Origin: Tetramitus jugosus
Lineage: Eukaryota; Protista; Heterolobosea
Length of the DNA: 64,000 nucleotides
Direction: 5' to 3'
Assembly: GCA_937625935.1 (NCBI GenBank)
Contig: OW569369.1
Location: 248,001-312,000 of the forward strand
In this document: one piece after another, positions 1-8,900 of the stretch
How the letters are laid out: every line of letters starts with the position of its first letter
Position numbering within the stretch: position 1 is the stretch's first letter
Notes under the pieces: model-generated
Databases searched by the model: none
Told to the model about the DNA's origin: nothing
What the model saw: the letters and a program-made list of their open reading frames with translations, nothing else
Position numbers and translations under genes: made by a program

Positions 1-390
1 GAAAATGCACAAAAGGTGGCAGAGTTCCTCGAGACTCATCCAAAGATTGAAAAGACTGTTTTCCCTGGATTGAAGTCTCATCCACAGTATGAACTTGCAA
101 CCAAGCAAATGACTGGCCCTGGTGGTATGATCACTTTTTGGTTGAAGGGTGATATTGTCCAAGCAAGACAATTCTTGGAGAATGTCAAGGTCTTTACATT
201 GGCTGAGAGCTTGGGTGGTGTTGAGAGTTTGGTCAACCATCCTGCCATCATGACCCACGCTTCTGTTCCTGCTGACCACAGAAAGAAGCTCGGAATCAGT
301 GACAGCCTTGTCAGATTGAGCGTTGGTATTGAAGATGCCGATGATTTGCTCGAAGATTTGAAGTTTGCTTTGGATCAAGTTCAACTCTAA
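1..390 (+). CDS. CTH: Cystathionine gamma-lyase (Cys/Met metabolism PLP enzyme), 3' part; 5' end lies outside the window
   Basis: Frame open from base 1. Motifs FPGLKSHPQYELATKQM, GGMITF, FTLAESLGGVESLVNHPAIMTHAS, LVRLSVGIEDADDL. Confidence 0.93.
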   Translation, partial: ENAQKVAEFLETHPKIEKTVFPGLKSHPQYELATKQMTGPGGMITFWLKGDIVQARQFLENVKVFTLAESLGGVESLVNHPAIMTHASVPADHRKKLGISDSLVRLSVGIEDADDLLEDLKFALDQVQL

Positions 391-451
391 GCGTTTACTC
401 AATTTTCTTTAAAATAAAAACAATGTTTTGTACTTTACAATATGGTCAGTG

Positions 452-644
452 CTTGTTTTGTTCTTGTTGTTTGGCTTTTGTTTCACCTCACCTGCTCGAC
501 ATGGCATGGATCCGTTTCTGAACAGCACTTTGTCAAACCATGGGGAGATAGATTTTAGGTTAGCTGGGGCCGTCATCATCGTACAAATAGTTACATACAC
601 TCTGGTATGTAACGTACCACGACGTACTTGGGCGTGAAACCACT
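452..644 (-). mobile_element. Degenerate relic of an L1/Tx1-type ORF2 (zf-RVT region); oldest element of the stack
   Basis: Translates LEWFHAQVRRGTLHT...ISPWFDK, versus LEWFQLQVRSGTLHT...IMCSWCNK in the neighbouring element. The zinc-finger Cys codons have decayed and no intact poly(A) is visible. Confidence 0.7.
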
Positions 645-660
645 CCAGCTGACGGCTGCC
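645..660. repeat. 16-bp target-site duplication ccagctgacggctgcc, copy 1 (copy 2 at 1860-1875)
   Basis: Exact direct repeat flanking 661-1859; it abuts the T13 tract. Confidence 0.92.
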
Positions 661-1859
661 TTTTTTTTTTTTTAAATACAACCAGTTTCGGTTGCTCACT
701 TTATTGTCTATTGTTTTCTTCAGCCATCGCTCTTCGAGCGATGGCCCTTGGTCACCTGATTAATTCTCAATGGCGCTCGCAGAGAGTCATTGCTGTTTCG
801 CTTTTGTTGTGGTGAAGAGGTGAAGGAGTGTCGTAAGACATCTCCGTTTCACCCCATTCACATAAATTCTTGCTTTTTTTTCGCCCACTGCTACTTTGAC
901 TCCACTGGCTACCAAGCCATTGGTGACATCTTCGATGGCACTCTTTTCGATGCCCATCATCCCTGCCAGAAATTCTCTGCTAGTCCACCGCAGTGCTCTT
1001 TTTTCAATCTTTCCGTTCTTGAGTCTAACATTATCGAACCAAATGTCGATACAACTGTCAGCTGACACTCCCGGGCTAATTAATTCCTTACACACTGTTA
1101 GTGCTAGACACCGTCTAGCATGAACAGACCTGGGACAGCGTACCAAGCAGTGTAAAACTCTCGGGTTCTTTATTGCACCAGGAGCACATGATAGACGTAT
1201 CCTGAGGGTTGTAAAGACCTCTTATAACTTCCTCTGTGTGTAGAGTTCCACTTCTCACTTGAAGTTGGAACCATTCTAATCTTCTATCCACACCATGAGG
1301 ATATTTCAGGAAGGAAAAGTCAGCGCCACTGTAATTTGCTGCTTTTTGCAACCACCATCTGTCACGCTCCTCAACTCGGCTATTGCGCTCTTGATCAAAC
1401 AAGGATTGAAGGTGATTTCTACTCTCTCAGATCTGAGTTCACCTTTGTACAATGCAGGCTCGCCACACGACCCGAGACTTCGGTGCTGACAATTACACTC
1501 TTTCATTTGAGAGATCAGGATACTAAGCAACTGATGGCTCTGTGCACCCAGTTTACAGTTGGGATAGACTTGCTTGAACTCTTTGAAGCACACAGGCTCA
1601 CCATCCACCACTAACTGTTTACGACTGACTATACCCACAACATAAAGTTTCTTGAGCAAAGTGGATGGAATGTACCTTGCGAGCCAACAGTCATCGCACT
1701 GTTTGGCCGCGCTAGAGGGCATTTGGATGTTGTGACAGTGCATCCTGTCGGCACACCACTTATGGTAGGAGTATTTCACGCACTCTAGTCTGTTCCTTGA
1801 CTGATACACATTCTCTTGTTGGAATGTTTGATGATGCTTGATATCCTCAAGCGTGTCAA
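661..1859 (-). mobile_element. 5'-truncated non-LTR retrotransposon (L1/Tx1/TRE-like ORF2 C-terminus), frameshifted
   Basis: A13 tail (661-673) and 16-bp TSD. Three consecutive minus-strand frames join into ...PHGVDRRLEWFQLQVRSGTLHTEEVIRGLY...CSWCNKEPES/HCLVRCP, a zf-RVT-like CxxC..H....C. Stop at 787, then a 3'UTR with AATAAA. Confidence 0.85.
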
Positions 1860-1871
1860 CCAGCTGACGGC

Positions 1872-1883
1872 TGCCCTCTGGAC

Positions 1884-1885
<2 letters not shown>
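1872..1885. repeat. 14(15)-bp target-site duplication tgccctctggacac(t), copy 1 (copy 2 at 3207-3220)
   Basis: Exact direct repeat flanking 1886-3206; it abuts the T29 tract. Confidence 0.92.
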
Positions 1886-1914
<29 letters not shown>

Positions 1915-3206
1915 GTTCCATACAACCAAGTGTGCGCAAGCACACGATTGCTCATTTATTGACTTGTTTTGTGAGTGACGACCCGTAGGGCGTCGCTCAC
2001 TCTTCTTCTCTTGTTGTCCCCGACGGTGCACCTACAGGTTGGAAGAATCACTCAGGTGAGTGTTTTGATTGATGCCCTTCATCAAAGAGCGTAACCTTGT
2101 AGTAGGACCGCCGATGGACACAGAGCCATCTGTTGTTGTTTTCTTGTTTTGGGCCTTGTTGCTCCTCAGATCACCCAGTGTGATCCTAGCACTCCTCTTC
2201 TTGTTGTCATTGAGTTGTGGACTTTGAATCTCCTTTTCGGAGTCGTCGTCCACATCCACAATGACTGGTTCGTCCTCAGTCAAACCATACCTTTTGCGTG
2301 CACTGGCCAGTGCCAATGCAGCAATTTCCTTCTTCGCTCTAGCAAACACTGGAGAAGTGGCATTCACTTGCTCCAGGATTTGCTGATTTTCAGCGCTGAG
2401 CTGTGCAACAGGCACTGTTGGCAGTGGTGTTGCACTCCTTTGTTCTTCTGTCTCCATCAGACCAGGAGCAGTTCTTTGTGCAACTTCTTGTTCCGGTATC
2501 GGAACCGGTTTGTTGCCCTCTTGGCCCTTTGTCTTTGCCAATTCCTTGGTGAGTTCTGTGACCTGTCGACGCAGTGCGTCAACCACCGTCAGCAGCTCCT
2601 CGTACATCTTTGTCAACCTCTTGTTGACGGCCTTGAGAGGATCATGTGGCCTCTCGACGTATCGAGTGACCGTGGCCTTTACCTTGTTCTCTCCGGTGAG
2701 CACTGCTTGTGCATAGGTTTCATCACCCATGACCACGAAAGCAGTGTCACGCTTCTTGAGCACACTGGCGACCTTTTCAGGTCCCAGTAGCTTCTTGATG
2801 TCGTCCACTGACATGTTCTTCATGCCATGGACGACCACCTTTCTTGTGCAATCAACACTGCGCTTGGGTGCAGCAGTGCTATTGCCAATCCTCCTTTGCT
2901 TGTTGAACAAATCAACAAAGTCATAGATGCGGTCACCCTTGACCGTCACCCATGCAACAAAGCGTTGCTGGCCTTTCCTTTTGATGACTTGGACTCGGTT
3001 GAGCCAGTCACCAAACTCCTCTCCAATCTTTCTTGCCAAAGATGACTGAGAGACGCCATTACCGTTGCCAGTAATGACGACCTCTCTGTCACTTGGCCTC
3101 GTGCCTTTCCGTGCAGTGGTCCACACTGCATAACGGCTGTTGCCGTATTCCTTCACCAAATTTGTTGAATCACCAGACATGTGATTCCGTTTTTTTCTGC
3201 GTTTTT
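1886..3206 (-). mobile_element. Non-autonomous ORF1-only (HAL1-like) retroelement, about 1.3 kb
   Basis: A29 tail (1886-1914), 14-bp TSD, a single intronless ORF, a 26-nt 5' leader, and a 3' end shared with the neighbouring ORF2 element. Confidence 0.85.
2032..3180 (-). CDS. Retroelement ORF1-like protein, 382 aa: two divergent RRM-like modules, a coiled coil and a low-complexity basic tail
   Basis: ATG at 3180, TAG at 2032. RRM-like patterns REVVITG...FVAWVTV and RKVVVHGMK...AFVVMGDETYAQAVL; heptads LTKMYEELLTVVDALRRQVTELTKEL. Confidence 0.7.
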   Translation of the reverse strand: MSGDSTNLVKEYGNSRYAVWTTARKGTRPSDREVVITGNGNGVSQSSLARKIGEEFGDWLNRVQVIKRKGQQRFVAWVTVKGDRIYDFVDLFNKQRRIGNSTAAPKRSVDCTRKVVVHGMKNMSVDDIKKLLGPEKVASVLKKRDTAFVVMGDETYAQAVLTGENKVKATVTRYVERPHDPLKAVNKRLTKMYEELLTVVDALRRQVTELTKELAKTKGQEGNKPVPIPEQEVAQRTAPGLMETEEQRSATPLPTVPVAQLSAENQQILEQVNATSPVFARAKKEIAALALASARKRYGLTEDEPVIVDVDDDSEKEIQSPQLNDNKKRSARITLGDLRSNKAQNKKTTTDGSVSIGGPTTRLRSLMKGINQNTHLSDSSNL

Positions 3207-3250
3207 TGCCCTCTGGACACTGAAAACGAGACACCTAATTTAAAATATGA

Positions 3251-3324
3251 GCGGTTGTAGATCAGTTGGTTAGATCGTGAGCTTAACACGCTCAAGGTCG
3301 CCGGTTCGATCCCGGTCAATCGTA
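3251..3324 (+). tRNA. tRNA-Val (AAC)
   Basis: Cloverleaf: acceptor GCGGTTG/CAATCGT+A; D-stem GATC/GATC; anticodon arm TGAGC-TTAACAC-GCTCA; T-arm GCCGG-TTCGATC-CCGGT. T5 terminator at 3329-3333. Confidence 0.93.
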
Positions 3325-3366
3325 ATCGTTTTTCATATTCTTCTTCCTGTTCGGAACACCACAAAC

Positions 3367-5823
3367 ATGAACAAGCATTCTGTCGTCGTGGATGCGTTTG
3401 ATCCTCAAAACAATGTCCGGACCATAGAATTTGTTGAACCTGGTTCTGCCAATAGTTTTGTTCGTATGCTCGTTCTCTTTCATAGATGTCATTCATTTTC
3501 AAACCAAAAGTCTGACAAGTTTCTCTCTTGTTTGCCTGTGTGTTGTTGTTTCTTCTTTTGTATTGATGATCTGTGCAGCAAGTTCCAGTGCCCTTGCCCC
3601 TCACCCATTCAAAGGATCCCATTACTTGGTCAAAGAACGTGATTGACAACACTAAGGAGATCTCGACGTATTTGGAATTTGAAGTCATGAACATGCTTGA
3701 AGACTGTGGTACTGTAGCTTTTGGTGTCAGTTGTGCTGATCATTTCTATGAGCGTACTTTGGTTGGCTGGAGAAGGTTGAGCTTGGGTTGGCATTCGGAT
3801 TCCGATGTGTACCTCTCTGGGCAACAAATCACATTCAAGTGTGATCATTTTGATTCGATTCCGAGATTTGGAAAAGGTGATGTGGTTGGTCTGGGTGTCG
3901 TGCAATCGAATCGTGAGCAGCACGTGTTCTTCACACTGAATGGCCAATTTCTAGCAAAGGTTTTATCCTTGGATGATATGATACAACAGGAGCAGGAGTT
4001 TCGCTTGATAAAGAAGCAACAAGATCAGGAAAAAACCTTGTCGGATGATGAGAAGGAGTCACTAAAGTACAAGGAGCGATTTGAGTATATCCCAGAGGTG
4101 GGGATTGTTGTTTGGAGTGAAGCTTTCCCGGATCGTCAGTTGTTTATTGTTGAAAAGCCAGATGAGACTTTGTCTAGTTCACTGATTGAGCAATACTGTG
4201 GTAGCGATGATGAACACAGCACTACACAGCTAAAGAGTGAGTCATCAATAGAAAGCTTAGAGTTCTATCCAGTGGTATGCTCTGATTCTCCATGCAAGAT
4301 ACGAGTCAATTATGGTCCGCGCAACTTGCTTTTCTCAGCAGAGAACATGAGTGAGGTTCAAAAATTACTAGTATGTCAATATGAACTGAGCCCAGACAAG
4401 CCATGCTGCGAGTTATCTGAATCGGAAGCTCATTTATTTGATGCTGTGAAAAATTTGCAGTTGGATTCTGTTCAAACCTATCTAAAACAAGTGGACAGAG
4501 AAAATATTGGGACGCTAAGAGATGGTAGTGATAAAACTTTGATGGATGTGGCAATGAGTACATGTATGTTTTTATTTTTCACAATATTGTAATCTTTTAG
4601 TTGTAGCTAACATTCGATCATTCCATCTGTTAGATGTTAGGACAATGAATCCACAATATTTAGCTGCTTCTTTACAAATAGCTGAATTATTGAAGAATAG
4701 AGGAGCAGTAATGAATATATTTGATGCTGCATTGTATGTACTCTGACTTTTGTGAAATCCTTGCTCAATCAAACCTACATGACCAGCAGCTAACAAACAC
4801 CAAATATCTAGAGTTGGAGATCTAAATCGAGTGAAACAATGCATAGAACAGGAGCACTTGTATATCAACATCCAAAACAGTGCAGGAAAAGGTGCACTAC
4901 ATCGTGCCACAATTGCTAATCAGTCAGAAGTTGTTAGTTATCTGTTGGAAAAGGGTTGTTATGTAGACTTGATGGATCCGACTGCTACAGCTCTAACATT
5001 GTCAGTGATGAGACAAAATAAGGAACTCTGCGACTTACTGGTTGCTTTCCATGCTAATGTCAATGCGATGCAAGGCCGACTCAATTTGCTGCAGATTGCA
5101 ACAAAATCCCTACTCAGACTGAAACATTCGGACGGATATGATCGACAAACAGATATTATCGAAGTATTATTGAAGAATGGTGCTGACGCCTTTTATTTCA
5201 ACAATACTAGTGTGGATATCGAATCCATGAAGGCGGAGCGACCTGCAATCTTCTATGCTATTCAATCAAGCGACCCCGTGGTCCTTGATCTCTTCCTCAA
5301 GAATACGAACGATTTAGAACAGAAGGCAGTTCAATATTCGGGAATTACTGGGGAGAGTCTTTTACATGAAATTATCTCTCTGTTCGATGGTCAAAATGGA
5401 TCACAGTTGATTACCATGGTTGAAGAGTTAGTTCGCTATGATCTCATCTCCAACATGGCTACGATCACTACAGTGTATGGTGAGACTGTGCTTCATTTTG
5501 CTGCCATGCACAATTTCGTCAATATTGTCCCTATTCTTCTCAGGAATCAAACACTAAGCCAGCTATCAAGCCAGTTGGATATTTATCATCTCTCCCCACT
5601 GTGTTATGCTGTCGGCACAGACAGCAAGGAATTTACTCACCTACTTTTGCAGAGTCAGGATAGTTTCGACTGCCGAGAGGAACATGTAAAACAAGCAAAG
5701 CTCAAGCTAAAGCAGTACTTGGAGAAAGACAAATCAGGCACACCATCGATCAGAGCCTTTTCCCTCAAACTGTTCCGTGGTGATTTGTCCGACGAAAATT
5801 TCGGGAGGTACCCCAAAAATTGA
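3367..5823 (+). CDS. SPRY-domain plus ankyrin-repeat protein (introns about 3464-3582, 4564-4632, 4733-4811)
   Basis: SPRY motifs YLEFEV..VAFGV..LVGW..SLGWHSD..RFGKGDVVGLG..VFFTLNGQFL; ankyrin motifs GKGALHRA, GETVLHFAA, SPLCYAV. GTATG donors sit at the ORF breaks. Confidence 0.8.
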
Positions 5824-5902
5824 AGGAGGGATTCGCGTGACGGAACATATAAATTCTCTGCTCTGTTGGTCGTAACAAAACAACATCCATACTATTTACA
5901 TT

Positions 5903-8900
5903 ATGACTTCAGTCTCTCTGCAATGTACAGAGTGCAAGACAACTCTTGCCACCAACCAAAATCCTCACAGAAGATCTACTTGGGAGTTTCTCATCTGCAT
6001 GGCCCAAGACGGTACAAGACATGTCTGTTTGCAACCAAGCCAGGCAATCGACATGAAAACAGAACCAGTTCTGGATTCAAAATCAATGAAAAATGCTTTG
6101 CTTTTCTGCCAATGTGGACATAACATTGGTTCCCACCTCAAAAAATCAGTTCTGGTTAAGGACACGAGATGGGTCTATTGTGTTGATGGTGAACGAACAA
6201 CGATTCAATATTCGAATCAAACTTCGACCACGACACGAGAATGGAAGCTGAACGACGAGCAATGTGCATTATTCGCTCTCTTTCCAAAGTATTGTTCAGA
6301 GAAAGAATCAAATGGAGTTTGCTCCAAGAAAAGGTGTCAGTATTTGCACTGTGAGAAGGTTTCTCCACAAAAGAAATCAGGAAATCACAGAGAAAAGGAA
6401 TCCAGGCCAGTGGTTCCGCGTCATCAAGGGCACGCGAGCCAAACAGTTGGATCTAGCTCACATCATGCACATTCCACCCGAACCAACGAGGCTGTCCCGA
6501 TTCCCAAGGGACATGCTCAACCTTCTTCAAGGGGACAAATGAACGGCTTTAAAAAGCCCAATACGTTTGTCAAGAATAATCGTATTATTAATTTGGAGGT
6601 TCTCCTGAGTGATGACTATGTAAATAATCCAAAGAACAAGGATTTAGCTGAAATTTTGGCAAGTGATGAATTCTCAGAACAAGTGTTAAACAAGAAAAGC
6701 TTTTCAACTTTACCAATCAAACAAGTACGCAGGTTGATTCAGTTGTATATCTCAGATGCCTTTCTATCCACTGTTCAAGTGTCCTTGTTGCCCAAAGCTC
6801 TTCAGATATTGCTCAATTCTAGATTCTGGGCCAAGGATATGAATCTGTTTATTCAGATGAATTTGAATGAAATTGAAGATGTCTTCAGTGTGGTTAAGCT
6901 GTTTGAGAGTTGCTTGCGACATGTTCGTCAGGATTGCTGTCTTCTCTCAGTTGCAGAACTGAAGTCAACTTTCGAGCGAAAGTTTCTTAATGACGCAAAT
7001 ATTGAGCTCGTAGCAAAACTCTCTCAACGAATTCAATCAATCGAAAGCACTAGAAATGTAACTAATATAAGAGGGTTTGATTCTCAATTAGATTTTGATG
7101 AAGAGTATGAAGCACAGAATCAAAATTGGGCGCACAATGTAACTATTCTGCCATCCATCGAAGAGCTGAAAAATCGAAATCCAAACTTGAGGAGCAACAA
7201 ACATACTTTCCAGTCCGCTCAAGAATATTTGTCCACACACTTCAATCTCCTGAAGGAAGAGTTTGTAGAGCCATTAAGAGCTGGGTTGAAGGATTTCTTA
7301 CACGGTGACAAGCTTTCAAGTCGAGACCTCTCCATCTTTCCAAATGTGGAGATTGAAAGTGTCGAGTACAAGAACTCGTCTGTCAACTTCGTGGTGCGCC
7401 TTGATAAATCAAAGAAACTTAAGGACACAGCCGCATTTCTACAGTATGGCAATCTCGTATGTTTGTATCCCATGGATCTAATGAATCAAAGAGATGTATT
7501 GACAGATGAACATTATCGTCCAATATTTGCAATCATATCGGATAGACGTAATATTGAAGCATACTCTATTTCATTATCTTCTATGAGCAGCAAGGAGCTG
7601 AGTGAAATGATCGATGCACTCAATCGGAAGTATCTGCTGATTGAGTCTCCCGTTTATTTTACAAGTGTTCGATCAGTTCTTCAATCCCTCTCTGAAATGG
7701 GAGATGAGGATTTCATCAATTACGAGGGGATATTGCTCCGTGGAGAGCGAACATCACAGTTACCTCGGTACATTCAACAGAACCCCTTAATAGACATCAG
7801 CAACATTTGTAAGGACCCTCAGACTTCCAAGCACATCAATGTGTCAACCAACTGGATTAATGATGACAGCACCATATTAGATCCAAGTCAGAGCAAGGCA
7901 GTGCAACATGCATTAACAAACTCACTAGCCATTATTCAAGGTCCTCCAGGCTGCGGAAAGGTATGGTTGAAACAACAACCACAATTTCAGTTGGTTGTTT
8001 TGTTTTAATTGCTATTACTCCTTTTTTATCAACTCGTATTGACACGTACAAAGACTTTTATCGGGAGACACATTATCAAAATCATTCACAAACACTTAGA
8101 GAGAGGAAGTGGGCCCATCGTTTGTGTGTGTTACACAAATCATGCATTGGATCAATTGTTGGAAGGTCTACTTGGCGATATACCAAACTTGGTCCGTATT
8201 GGTGGGAGAAGCAGAACAGAAAACAGTCAGTTGGCTGCCAGAAATTTATCTGCTCTGCGTATTCAAGGCTATGCAAATGAAATTCGATTGTTAGACAAAA
8301 CTATTCATAGTTCCATTTCCTATATTCAGATATTAGTCGCTCTGTTGAAGCTACCACCTGCCACCCTTATCTCTCAACTATTTCCCCAATTTGCCATGCG
8401 TCTATTGTCCTATCGTGATGGAGATAGGATCATTCCAATAGCTACAGACAATACCTCCGCAGTGAATATTTGGCTTAATGGAAAAGAGAAGGAACAAATC
8501 AAGAAGATGAAGCGAAATAAGAAAGGGAAGAATCAAGAGATTGAAACATCCAACCAGTTTAAGGCTTTGGCTGAAGATCATTCAGGAGACAATTTCGCTC
8601 GCGAAATAACGGAAGACAAACAAGAAGAACATGTAGAGAAAGAGGATGAACTAGCGGATGAAGATGGAGATTGGCAAATAGAGAACAGAAATAATGTGCG
8701 AGCAGGTCCACAAGGGGAAGGAGTGAATGAAGATAATAGTAATGACGGATACATGGATCAACAACATTATGAGCTTTTAGAAATAGAAGCTGAATATCGT
8801 GCTCTCGAGCAGCAAATGTTGTATGGCTATGATGATGAGGAAGAGTATGGTTTTGAGCAAAAAAATGACGTTCATCTCTCTCTCTTTAATGGTCAATCTA

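Noticed and set aside
408-416. tttaaaata also at 3239-3247, as a possible TSD of the oldest relic
   Set aside because: Only 9 bp of pure A/T in an AT-rich genome, with no adjacent poly(A) tail.
1306-2031. 241-aa ORF with a poly-Lys run
   Set aside because: It is a chimeric artefact: it reads from the ORF1-only element's 3'UTR through its poly(A) tail and TSD into the truncated ORF2.
645-3220. Short direct repeats as CRISPR repeats, LTRs or att sites
   Set aside because: Each occurs only twice and abuts a poly(A) tail, which is the signature of target-primed reverse transcription; the context is eukaryotic.
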